The position numbers were made by a program, and so were the translations under genes. The notes under the pieces are model-generated. The model was given only the letters and a program-made list of their open reading frames with translations. It ran no database searches and was not told the origin of the DNA. Of a stretch of 64,000 nt of DNA, positions 28,767 through 64,000 are shown one piece after another (positions within the stretch are counted from its first letter, which is position 1; each line of letters starts with the position of its first letter). This DNA is from Amoebidium appalachense (lineage: Eukaryota; Protista; Ichthyosporea). The stretch is from the NCBI GenBank assembly GCA_963693365.1, contig CAVNZM010000003.1:4349106-4413105 (forward strand), read 5' to 3'.

Positions 28767-29775
28767 ATGTCGCCCACCACCTACCCTCTCACTCTCTCGG
28801 GCTACGCCACCATGTCACCCCACGACATTCACTTCACCCAACACCGTATCTACAGTAAATATAGCAACAAATACCTCCCAGACATATACATATATACAGA
28901 CATATAACTCTATTCCTGCCATCCGGGTGGCTTTCATTGACGGGAAATGGGTTTCCATCGACAGCAGAAGGCTCTGGGTGTTCAAAAACGTAACCCCCCC
29001 CCCCCCCCCCCCCCCCCCCCTCCCCTCCCCCCCCTCTACTCCCCCGAGTCCCTCTTCCTCTCCAAGTCATCCCCTCCCTCCCTGCACCCCCCCCCTCAAC
29101 CCCCCCCCCCCCCCCTCCCCCCTCCTATCCCCCCTCTCCCCTCTATCCCCTCCCTCCCCCTCCTCCCTCCCCCCCAACCATCCACGTCCCCTCCTTTCGC
29201 ACCAACAAACAAGGAAAGACACTGAGAAAATGGGGTGGAGTGGAGGGGGGGAAGGATTCTTCCAAAGCTGATACTTTCTTTCTGATCCTGTTATGTTTTG
29301 GGTATTTTTCTTCCAGGACCTTCAACATCACATAACTGCGAATACAATCTTCAACTGTGTTTTCCTCAAACGATTGCAAACCTTACAGGTGGTATATTTG
29401 ATTATTAGCAAAGACAAACCCCCCCCACCCGCCCTTCCCCAACCCGGGCCGGGGAAGAGTTTGGGAAGGGGGGATGGAGTGGGGGGGGGGGGGGGGGGGG
29501 GGTTGTTAATAATCAAATATACCACCTGTAAGGTTTGCAATCGTTTGAGGAAAACACAGTTGAAGATTGTAGATTCGCAATTCTGTGATGTTGAAAAGCT
29601 ATAAGAAAGTGATTTTTGGTCAGTTATACTTACTCAGGTGTTGTCGTTACAGCCTGGCTGCAAATCTATCGCGGTACAGATTATGGACCCCCCCACTCGT
29701 GAATTTTTCTACAAGTTGGGGGGACCTTACCCGGGACCCCACAAGGACGTGGTGGTGGAATACGATTGGCGCTAA
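28767..29775 (+). pseudogene. Small ParB/Srx-like (IxFTQ...IPxIxV...DNRRLWVFK type) gene, 2 exons, one frameshift
   Basis: Exon 1, 28767-28989: MSPTTYPLTLSGYATMSPHDIHFTQHRIYSKYSNKYLPDI, then a +1 shift near 28880-28900, then TYNSIPAIRVAFIDGKWVSIDSRRLWVFKN. Intron gtaacc..ttacag. Exon 2, 29653-29775: PGCKSIAVQIMDPPTREFFYKLGGPYPGPHKDVVVEYDWR*. Could be intact if the shift is a sequencing error. Confidence 0.65.
29321..29595. repeat. Long inverted repeat (perfect 65-bp core) inside the ParB-like gene intron
   Basis: 29343-29407 is the exact reverse complement of 29507-29571. Imperfect extension outward. The spacer is C-rich then G-rich and can also pair. Confidence 0.92.
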
Positions 29776-30281
29776 ATGGATGGTGGAGGTGAATTTTGAA
29801 ACTTATTGGTTTCTACTTAGGATAGTATGCTTATTTCATATTAGGTTTCATATCGTACAATCTGTCTAAAAAAATCGATCTCAGGAGATTTGACGGGAAT
29901 TTAGACTGGGCCAGTAGCTGTATGTTGCATTATGTCCCCCCCCCCCCCCCCCCCCTCCCCTCCACCTCCCTACCCTCCGCTCCCCCCCCCCCCCCTTCCT
30001 CCCCTCCCCTCCTCCCCCCCCCCTCCCCCCTCCCCTCCACCTCATTCCCCTCCCCCCCTTCCCCCCCTTCCCCCCCCCCCCCCCTCCCCCCCGGCCCGCA
30101 CTATGCACGTGAGCGCACACGCACACAACTGCGAGTGCGCACACGCACGCATGCACTCACACAATGCCACGTACACACACACATACTATGCCTGCCCAAA
30201 CTCACTCACGCGTGCACACACACGTGCTTGCGCCACACACATGCCGCTGGCCGCACACACACACACACAAATGCCTGCCCC

Positions 30282-30381
<100 letters not shown>

Positions 30382-30991
30382 TCCTTCCCAATCTCACACC
30401 TACACGTACAACTTGATATGCTATACTGTACAGTATACAACTACGTAGCCCTAGTCGAAAAGTTACACACTATTCCTTCAGTATCATACATAATATATTT
30501 GCCGAGGCTACTACTTGGGGTTGCCGTGCAGTTTTATACGAGTGAAAATGCATTAGAATACGGACGATGGTATAGCTTTGGGTTCTGTGTACGCATTAAT
30601 TTTACCCCATTACCGAAGTTTGGTAACATGTTGGTTAATTTACGCATCACTAAGCACTTCGGGATTACGTGACCACATGTTCCATATCGTACAAATAGTT
30701 GCTCCTGTGCAAATGTGTGTCACGTTTTTTCTTTCGTGTTTCCGCACGAGGCAAATTAGTGGATCTCTGGTGGAATGCCACCAGAGATGATGGTGCACCT
30801 GCATTTGAAGTATGTGTGTGTGTGCTACGTAGGTGTGTATGAAAACTCTTCTGTCGAAATTTCTGTCAAAGTCTAGTGTGTTATGTGCAAATACCAGTGT
30901 TGAATATATGGGCGTAGGAAGAGTAGTGGCCCGGAGGACGTCGGCAGGAGGGGGAGGTGGAAGGGGAGGGACGGGAGGGGGGGAGGGGGTG

Positions 30992-31033
<42 letters not shown>

Positions 31034-31896
31034 GGGGGGGGGGGGGGGAAGGGGGGAGTGGGGAAAAGAGGAAGCAGGGGAGGAGAGGGGGGGTAGATCT
31101 CCCTGTGTTTTTCTATAGCTACCAGCGCCTATTCATGGATAGCCGTTCCCTTTCCCCTCGTCCCCTCCTCTCCTACTTCCCCCGTCCCCCCCCCCCCCCC
31201 CCCCCCCCCCTCCCCTACCCCGTCTCCCTCCCCCTCCACCCCCTTCCCCCCTCCCCACCAACCCTCCCCCGCCCCCCCCTTTGTCACATCTCGGCGCCTA
31301 GGCCTGTCCACTGAGTCTCCCCTTTACATCTTTTCAGCCCAGTGTTTGATGGCTTTCGAATTCGGTGGCTATCGGTAGCCCCCCCCCCCCCCAGGAAAAA
31401 AAAACAAAAAAAACAAAAAAAAACTACCACCACCACCATCAAACCACCACCACCAACAAAAAAAAAAAAAAGAAGAAGAAGAAGTGTGTGTGTCTTCGAG
31501 CTAGACGAGCTTAGGACATCGATCAGCACGGAGAGTGGGAGTACTATGTAGTAGCGTCAACGGTATGGCACATGTATGCAAGTACACGCATATGTATGTA
31601 CCCCTCCCTCCCCTCCCCCCCCCCCCCCCCCCCCCCCCAATGGCAATTATAATAATAATACCACTGAAACATGCACGCACACAATGCGTGCACCGCACTC
31701 ACACGCGCGCACACACGTATTCATACGCACACGCACACATACTAAAAGAACATGGGCACCCGGCAGAGCCTGACAAGTTTGCGTGTACGCACGGGTGCAC
31801 GCACATATATGTACACATGTATAGTACACACCTGCACACAAACACACGTGCATGCACACACTCACACATGTGCACACACACACATACACACACATG

Positions 31897-31937
<41 letters not shown>

Positions 31938-32848
31938 AACACTTGTGTACGTATGTATACACACATTTCACCCAGCTAATGTACACACACAAACCACACG
32001 TGTAATATCCCCCCCCGTCCTCCCCCTCCCCTCTTCCCGCCCCTTCCCCCCCCACTCCTCCTCAAACCACCACCACCACCACCACCACCACCGGCCACCA
32101 GTCTGAGACATGCACAGACCCCACCGGTACGTACCCTGCGTATGTCATCTCTCTGCCTCGCGCGTTACAAATACCTTTTTTTTCTCTATAACAGGCAAAA
32201 TCATGGCAGCGTTTACCCTGTTTACTCGATGTCAATGAAAGGCACAAATCTCGCAGTTTATTATTCAAGCTCGCAGCGGATCAAATTTCAAGTGTTGGAT
32301 TACTAAACGATTGATCTATCCAATGATCATTTAGCCATATATGTGGTCTATTAGGGGTTTTAAGGCAGTATTAGAAGAAAGCGCAATTTTAACGATCATC
32401 ATGAACCGTGGTTTAGTTAGAAAAACCGGATTAAAGAAAGAAACACTACAAACATTCGGGATGCTGGGCCAAAATTTCAAATAATTGTTATTGTTCAATA
32501 GTAGATATTAGCAAAATCTATCCACTTGCAGCAAAGGCTATTATAATGCATTTTTCCTCAGATAACCAACTATGTAAATTCGTGGGTGCCTGCATGGCTC
32601 CATATCAATTCGAAAACAAAAAAAAAATGGTGGATAAAACAGGGGATGCTGAAAGTGTTTAATAGGCACCAAAAACCCCAAACAACGAAGGGCGGGAACG
32701 GATGGCAACCCTTATGATCCCTACATTCTGCACATTCGGCAGGGTCACGATACACACTGATCACGTCACCCTTATCACTACATTTTTCACATTCTGCGGG
32801 TGCGCATAATACACAGCATGACGTCACAGGCACACAGACTAGTGCAGA

Positions 32849-50265
<17,417 letters not shown>

Positions 50266-50670
50266 TTTCGACTATGTAAGATCTATTTACCTCGGCATGA
50301 ACGCCAAAAAAGGACTTATAATACAGGATATTTGAGTGTTTTCAACAACACGAGTGGATATTTTTGTGCTGCAGTGGTACTCCCGTGCTTTAGTGTTCAG
50401 AGCCCAGGAATTGCGGGTGGTCAGAAGACGCCAAACTTCAAAGGTGTGTTTTGTTTGCAGCGAACAACTTGAGCGACCCATGATTTTTGACCGTGCCTGT
50501 GGGCCGCAGCACAGCGATTGGCTTTCGCTCTTGAGCAATATTATATCCTGACCTACAATTTTAAACAACTTTTCTAATTTTTACAATTTAACTTTCAGTG
50601 AACCTTTGTGGAACAAATGCGCTGCTTTATATTTTAAAATACGAAATAAGTTGCCAAATACTTGAGAAGT

Positions 50671-50690
50671 GGCGGGAAAATTGCACCAAT
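50671..50690 (-). promoter_or_regulatory. E2F consensus site (TTTCCCGCC) next to a CCAAT box in the ORC1 promoter
   Basis: ggcgggaaaa at 50671-50680 and ccaat at 50686-50690, about 400 bp upstream of the ORC1 ATG. ORC1 is an established E2F target in animals. Confidence 0.45.
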
Positions 50691-51063
50691 GAATAGTTTG
50701 CATGTAAAGGAGGGCAATTTGCAAATATGGACAACCGAAAAGACTCTTCGTCTAAGTGCGTTACACTTACTTGACACTGAAGTTGGACACCGTCTTGAAG
50801 GGTAAAACGGAGTAATTTTTGAAAAAAGAGTGCACGTATATGGCACGTTTCAGCCGGTAGTTCGAACACGACATACTTTTTATCAATCAGCTAAGTGCAA
50901 TTATAAAGATACGAAACCAGAATCCAATACAACTGAGCCGTCGTGGCTGGGCCTCCGGCAGTGTCCACGCAATAAAAAGTGTGTAAACCCCGTCGTGACG
51001 TCGTCTGTCACCCAACAACCACGCCCACAGTTTTAAGTCACAATTGCAACATCTGTTGCCATC

Positions 51064-52668
51064 ATGTCTACCCGGCTTCTCATGCTTCACTACCAGAACA
51101 CCACCCAGCGCCTCAAGTTCTTCGCAGGTACCCCTCGAGATGAGCTCATCTCTGGCATACATCCAGGTGCTGGGCATCCCTACAGACGGCAACCATGAGC
51201 TCCGTTTCCGAGACGAAGAGGGTGACATCGTTCTCATATCATCTGCCATGCCAACCAACATCATTTTTCATGTCAAAATAGAGCAAGGGTCCCTGTTTCC
51301 ACTGTGTCTGCCATAAACGAGCAGTCAAGTGACCAGGAGAAAAGCGAAAATGAGCCTTCAGGTGACTGGCGTCGGTGGGTAGTAGCAGAGCGCGCATGTA
51401 TAGAAGGGGGGGGGTCTGAAGTTTGCAACTCAAAGTGGTGGAGCAGAGAACTTTTGGGGATTTACTGGTCAACTTCCTGCTTCGGGCGTTTTACATCGTG
51501 GTTCACTTTCCCGATCGCGAACGTCCATGCTGTTTGTCCTTCGGCCTTATTCGTGCTTCTGAGGTGTCTCATGCAATGACATCAGCGAAACCGAGCACCC
51601 GTGCCTTGTGGCTCTGAAGGGGATTGGAAGAGGCCCGGCCGCTGCCTAGGACAACTATACGGGTGCGGATAAGGCAGTGGACGTGGGTGTTTATGTGGAT
51701 GTAGACAGGGGCTACGTTGTTTACGTGGACCACAAGAACCCAGCATCCAGGAGCGGCGCCATTCGCATTCAGTTTGCCACCAAACCTTTTCCCTGCAAGC
51801 TCACCCTCCACGGTACGTGCCTGCCCCTGCATAGCACGTATTCTGTGCACGTTTCTTGGCCAAGATTCACTCGCATTTCTGGGCTGAATTTCTTCGTCTG
51901 TCCTCGCTTTTTTTGTCCTTCTTTCCCTCCTTCCTTCCTCTCTCCTTCCCTTTCCCCCCCGCCCCTCCCCCCCAACTTGAGCGAACATTGTAAAGAATCT
52001 GCATCCTGGTGCTTGTAGGGCAAGTGTGTTTTGTGTTTGTTCTGGTGATCCTATGTTGCTGTGTGATTGTGTGTGTGACAGCTTGCACAATTCCAGTTAC
52101 ACGAGGGATACTTCGGACTATTGTCTGTACATACTCTTTGAACTTCTCTGTCAGCGTAGGGATCGATACATAAGAGAGCCGGGGTTACCACCTATCCTCT
52201 TTTTTTTTTTTTTTTTTTTTTTTCAAGTGGCAAAACATGTACGACAAAAAACTCGATGCGCTCAACACCTTCCCTCCCCCCCCTCCCCTCGCCCCTCCCG
52301 CCCGCCCATCCCTCCCCTCACCCCACCAGCTCTCTTGACACACGAGCTCATCATAACAGCCAATGCCACCCCCAACTCCTTGTTTTTTTTAACCCTATAG
52401 CCCTGACTTCTCTTACCGTACCCGGAAGTCCTCCTCTGGGCTTCCCTTCTCTCCCTCTCTCTTTGCCTTTGTGCCACTCCTCGCTCTTCCGATACCTCTG
52501 AATCTCTACTACAAAAGTGCATATACTCACACGTTTCCGCACGCTTTCATGTTCGCAGGACCCAAACACGGTGTGCAGGCTACCATTCGAGCAGAAATCC
52601 AACAGCCCCCTGCCGACATATTCACGGGGATAGAGGCACTGGTGGGCAAAAAAACGAGAAAGAATTGA
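51064..52668 (+). pseudogene. PB1-like + SPRY/B30.2-like two-exon pseudogene
   Basis: Stitched frames: MSTRLLMLHYQNTTQRLKF..ELISGI / QVLGIP..ELRFRDEEGDIVLISS (PB1 OPCA-like) / ..WRRW / LKFAT..GQLPASG / FYIVVHF..CCLSFGLI / ..VDVGVYVDVDRGYVVY (SPRY-like). About 5 frameshifts and TAG at 51647. Intact intron 51813-52558. Last exon 52559-52668. Confidence 0.65.
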
Positions 52669-53753
52669 GCGAATTTTCGTGATTTATTAGGTGGACAATT
52701 TAAGCGAACTTTTGTGAATTATTAGGTGGACATCTTGTCCTTCTTGATGTTTTGTCCTCTTAAGATTAAGCAGATACAAGGCGCTGTCAGTTTTTGAGCT
52801 CTCGTTTTTTCCTCGGATCGTACTTTTTCCCTGCGGAGATCTCTTGCCAACGATTTAACGCATTCTTGTGTACATATGCTCTCTGTGTCTAACATACTTG
52901 CTATCATATTCATGTTGCTAACAATGCATACTCCTTTTGTACATCTATATATAATACTAGAACTATATGGAAGGCTGTCGCTCTTTTGCTTTGTTTGAGT
53001 CTTTGCACCTGTATATTACAAGATCTTTGAATGCTTGGTGGTCGAGTTTGCCTGGGAGTTTGCCTGGGGATCCCGACGAGCGTAGAGGTTTGAAGTGTCA
53101 GTTATTATTGCAAGATCTGTAAGCTGCACTTATTGTTAACGAAAATACAGTTGGTGTATGCAGGCACAAATCACGATTTCGTCTCGTTTGATCTGGTCAC
53201 CATTTGATTTCAGACAGGTACAACGGACTCAAATGTTGTATAACCGTTGGAACTGAGTTCAGACGTTCCACCACGACCGGCTATCGAACGCTCACGAGAC
53301 ACTGTCTGTATATACATGCAAAAGTACATGTGGCTAAGTGTATGTAGGTATGTAAATCAACTACGATATACTTGACCCAGACTCATTTCCAAGGTTCCTG
53401 AATTTCGTGAAAGGGGATGATTTTGTAGGCAACGTACACGTAATACAATAATTCAAAACAAATGGCCTGGTAGAGTGCACTTTTCACTTGGACCTGCCAG
53501 TAGAGTAGCACACAGACTGACAGAGGGCCGTAGTTGCAATCACGTCACCATCGTTCACTGCACAGAAAACCTAAGCCTACACGTGTTTTGTCTTCGGAGT
53601 GCAAACTGAGTGTATGAGTTTTCAGCGATACCAAGTTGTCGTCGGTGCTCGTACAAGTTGCCTTTTTTTTTTTTTTTTTTGGTTACTGTCCACTTGCTGA
53701 GGTCGTGAAGCAATCTTTTGTTACTGCCGTCCGCCGTTTGTAGGACTTCGAAA

Positions 53754-59610
<5,857 letters not shown>

Positions 59611-60235
59611 ACGAATGGCCGCTGTCCAAGAAACCTTGATCAAGAAGCGGGCAGGATTTTGCGGTAAAAACATTGGGCATTTACTGATGTATAACGACTT
59701 GTTCATCTGTATTTGATGTACATATCCATGTACGTGGGACACATGTTATGTTTCCGGATTGGCCGGAGGGAGCGGCCAATAAAGTGCATTGATCCCGTGT
59801 TTTGTAAGGAAATTCTAAGAGGCATGTGAAATTCGTGTATGTGTTGCAAAGGAAAACGGTGTATGCACATGTATGGCGGCCGGCATGTGCATGTGAATCA
59901 TTGCGGGGTGTTTGTAATTATAAGCTCGATATGATATCATTATAATCATCTGGGCGCACACAACCCTCACGTGTGAAATGGTGACATAATTCATGTGATA
60001 ATATATATATAAACAGCGAAATTGTAGCTCAAACATTTGCCGAAGTTCTTTGGAGCCGTTGTTGTTATGTAATATTAGTACCGAGGAAGGCATGCATAAT
60101 GATTATTATGTTGCAAGTTGCATCAGTACGTGTACATGTACGTGTATGCACTCATCCAGCCGATCCCGGCAAGCCATTTACGTGACTTTTGACCAATCTG
60201 AAATGTTTTGCGCAAACACAAGGATGGACGTAACA

Positions 60236-60278
<43 letters not shown>

Positions 60279-60417
60279 TGTATCACTTTGTCATCATATT
60301 TTCGATTCATTTCTGAGCTTCCCGTGCGCCACACACATGCACACACACACACACACACACGTTCACACACCTTGTATCACTTTGCCATCATGCTTTCCAT
60401 TTATTTCTGAGTCGCGC

Positions 60418-60455
<38 letters not shown>

Positions 60456-60619
60456 CTGACAGCGGCTCAAATTTACTTCAACGCCACCACCACCACACAC
60501 ACTGCCCACCCCACCGGGCCCGAGCCCACACAACGGTTTTCTAGTTCAATAAAATGGTACCCGCGCACCCTATACACATTCAAATGTTTGTTGCATGCAT
60601 TGTGTTCGAAGACGGGGAT

Positions 60620-60778
60620 ACAAGAAACAAGTAGGAATATCGGAAAAATTATGTATGGACCAATTATTTTCGCGCGATCGCATGATTAGCCATATATAGA
60701 GATTTGGGTGGGAAGTTTTTGCGCGCCAAAAAAGAGAGTTTTTATAACACTATGTATATAAAAAAGTAGGAATATCCC
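60620..60778 (-). repeat. Inverted copy of the 58432-58590 repeat
   Basis: Reverse complement aligns colinearly. aagtaggaatat at both ends. Confidence 0.65.
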
Positions 60779-61472
60779 TATGCCAGTTATGGTTCGTGAT
60801 AGAAAGAGCAAAATTCCATTCCATTCGACCAGCGGGCACACAGGCCACGCCCTGTTCATGTGCCGACCAGGACACATCACCATACATGGCTAGATTACCA
60901 AATATAGCTACATATATTACCATATATAGTTATATTGACAAATATAGCTATGCTGGAATCAGAGCCGTTACATGCCAACCCCCCCCCCCCCCCCCCCTAG
61001 ATTGCATCTGACGGGGTTCTAAATTTGACAATGAGACGGAAAGGAACGGCCTTCAAAGTTCATCGAACCCATTTATACTTTAAGACTAAGAATTCTTTCG
61101 TTCGCGGAGAAAAAAAAGAAACCGGGAAAAAAGGAAAAGATACAAGAGTAATTGGAGACACACAACCGGGAAAGCTATCAGACAGATACATGATCATATT
61201 CACCGGTTTTCGTGCAAAGCGAAAATGAAACTTGGTATACCTGCCCGATATTACCAGAACAACTCAAGAAAAACGTTTCTGCAGATTATAGAGATTCAAC
61301 AAATCCTTTTTCGACATTCACCAACAACACAACATTCTTCAGTTCATTTCATCAACTTACAAACGCTTTCGATCAAATCATTCTTTGATGTGGCCTTCGT
61401 CCCATACTTTCAACTCCTCGAATCCGATTTCTTCATTGAGTTACACATCTCTTTTAGTGCGACGTTTTGTTT

Positions 61473-61797
61473 TCAGGCTGAGAAGTTGGCCCCATGCTTC
61501 TCCCTGAGAACTGTGAATTACACAGGAAGTCAGAAACTATCTAATCGGGGCTTATACCAAAATAAGCATATCTCTGGGCCCCATGTGCACGCCCCCCTCC
61601 CCCCCCACCCCTCCCCCCCCCCCCCTCCACACACACACACACACACACGCACACAAAAAAAAAAAAAAAAAAAAAAAACGCCCTTGTGCGAGAACATAAA
61701 ACATATGACAAACCCCTGCACCATTTCCCCGTCCCCTCCATAGTCATCCTCGCCATCTCCCTTCCCCTTTACATATAGAGACACCCGTCAAACGTGT

Positions 61798-61829
<32 letters not shown>

Positions 61830-61831
61830 GC

Positions 61832-61866
<35 letters not shown>

Positions 61867-61961
61867 CAGGGGATTTAGAATGGGGTAACAAGAACGAGGT
61901 GCAAATTTACAGAACCCAAAGAGATGCAAGGAGCAGGAGAAGAGGTGGCGCCCACGCCCGC

Positions 61962-62038
<77 letters not shown>

Positions 62039-62249
62039 GGGGGGGGGAGGGGGGGGGGGGGAGGAGGGGGGGAGGGAGGGAGGGGGGAAGTTTACCAGCA
62101 AGCTGGCTTGTGAAGTCACATGTGTCGACATAGCATCCCTGCAGCAGGCGGGGATACCTCTCGTCAAACTGGGTGCGGGCATGCAGCACACGGTGGTTGT
62201 CGAACACAACACAGTCACCCTGCCATGGAGATTTAGTGGGTTGGTCGGT

Positions 62250-62322
<73 letters not shown>

Positions 62323-62587
62323 ACATGCATCCAGTGGGTATGATGGCATGCAAGCGAGTGAACGGAAAGATCCTACACACTGTGGGTTGCCACTATCCCT
62401 ACCTTCCCTCTTTCTCCCTTACCATCCCGCCCTCTCCCCCCCCCTCCCTACACCACCACCACCACCACCACCACCACCCCCCCCCCCCCCCCCCCCCCAA
62501 ACAAAAAACCCCTTCTTTCTCCCTTACATCCCCCTCCCCCAAAAAAAAACAAACAAAAAAAAATTGGATAATGTAATTGAGTGTCCG

Positions 62588-62621
<34 letters not shown>

Positions 62622-63067
62622 GGGGGGGGGGGTAATGAGTGAGCGAGAGAGTGATCGAGAGCGCAAGCCAAAAAGTGAGCGAGCGAGAGAGAGAGAGTGT
62701 GTGTGTGTGCGTGTGTATGTGTGTGTTTGCTTAAAAGGGTTGACTACATACCGGGTCCATCCTGACAGCGAGCTCAGCGGCTGGGTCACGGCACATCTTG
62801 GTGAACAGACGGTAGGCACGGTAGAAGTCAGTCATCAGCTCCACCGGTGCATCAAGGGACCCCTGAAAACAAAAATGTTAGAACAAGAATGGGGCGAAAT
62901 GTGAGGCATACAGTAGGAGGAAAGATTCTCAGAACTGGTAACGAAAGGCGAAAATGGGGGAGGAAGATAAGAAAGAATGCAACATGGGTGGATTCGTTGT
63001 TGTTGTTGTTTGGACGGGAGGGGAGGGGAGGGGAAGGGAGGGGAGGGGAGGGGGCTGAGGGAGGGAG

Positions 63068-63101
<34 letters not shown>

Positions 63102-63194
63102 TGGGAGAACTAAAAGCCATACCTTACACGCACGCACCCATACCCCATACACAGGTGTGTAGAAACATACATATGCAAGTATTAACACGTGATC

Positions 63195-63247
<53 letters not shown>

Positions 63248-63688
63248 ACTCTCTCTCTCTCTCTCTCACCCTCCCCACTCCCACCCACCCACCCCTTCCA
63301 CTCCTTTTTTCTTTTCTTTCTAAAAAACCAATCCCCTACGTCAGGCACACACCTCCCATGATGGGGAGTAGTGCAGCTTGTCGAGAGATCCATCGCCGTG
63401 CAAAATGATGATCTTAAACATACACATGCAAATATTCACACGTACCCCCCCCCTCTTCCTCCCCCCCTCCCCCCCCTTTGCTTCCCCGACTTCCCCCCCT
63501 TCCCTCTTCATGTTTTTCCCGTCGCTAGCCATAACACACACCTCCCATGGTGGAGAATAGTGCAGCTTGTCGAGGGATCCATCGTCGTGCAGAGTGATAA
63601 TCTTGTGCTTAAACCGTCTGTGCTGTGTGGCAGTGCGGTAGTGGTAGGTCACAGGCACACGGCTAAGAATGTCAAAGGCTTCGGGCTC
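61473..63688 (-). CDS. Gamma-butyrobetaine/trimethyllysine dioxygenase-like 2OG-Fe(II) oxygenase (TauD family), 3' exons only
   Basis: Exons 63688-63542, 62862-62752, 62219-62096, 61510-61473: [16 protein letters not shown]..., [36 protein letters not shown]. The 5' part lies beyond the window. Confidence 0.9.
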
Positions 63689-63888
63689 CTGCAAAACGAA
63701 AAGATGATGTTAGAAGAGGTGTAGAGGGGGGGGGGGGGGGGGGGAGGGGGGGGGGGGGGGGTTACAGAGTACACATTTAATGACGGACAACATGATGCAA
63801 GATATGCAAATAACAGACAACGAGCACCCCCCGGGTGGGGGGGGGGGGGGGGGGGGAGAGGGGGGGGGAGGGGGGGAATATCAATTCC

Positions 63889-63976
<88 letters not shown>

Positions 63977-64000
63977 CGCGCGCGCACGCGCACGCGCGAT

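Noticed and set aside
30763-30788. 11-bp hairpin as a Helitron 3' end or terminator
   Set aside because: No CTRR downstream, and intrinsic terminators are not expected in this eukaryotic context.
50272-50290. Apparent 18-19-nt GT..AG mini-introns near the ORC1 start and at ~22376-22393
   Set aside because: All supported introns here are hundreds of bases long, so these are likely chance matches.
60265-60420. Tandem duplication of a ~55-bp unit between (CA)n tracts
   Set aside because: Ordinary slippage-type duplication with no sign of function.

Overview
Eukaryotic genomic DNA, intron-rich and saturated with poly-G/poly-C runs and (GT)/(CA)/(GCGT) microsatellites. The protein families suggest a unicellular opisthokont, but the taxon cannot be fixed from this window. 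Nearly all ORF-track entries are low-complexity artefacts. Four spliced genes were rebuilt by hand from GT..AG boundaries and phase: (1) an RBR (RING1-IBR-RING2) E3 ligase on minus, 12 coding exons, with one +1 frameshift in a homopolymer; (2) ORC1 on minus, 17 exons, about 736 aa; (3) an Amun-like HhH-GPD glycosylase-fold gene on plus, 6 exons including an 18-nt microexon; (4) the 3' part of a gamma-butyrobetaine dioxygenase-like gene on minus. Two disrupted genes are fragmented or missed by the ORF track: a small ParB/Srx-like gene ('DSRRLWVFK') and a PB1+SPRY-like pseudogene head-to-head with ORC1. Intergenic DNA holds several very decayed LINE reverse-transcriptase relics split by homopolymer tracts. 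Introns carry long hairpins, a palindromic MITE-like family, duplicated exon ends, and a dispersed repeat that looks like the tail of a Penelope-like element, nearly always co-oriented with the host transcript and ending at a poly-C run. All homology calls come from motif recognition, not database searches.
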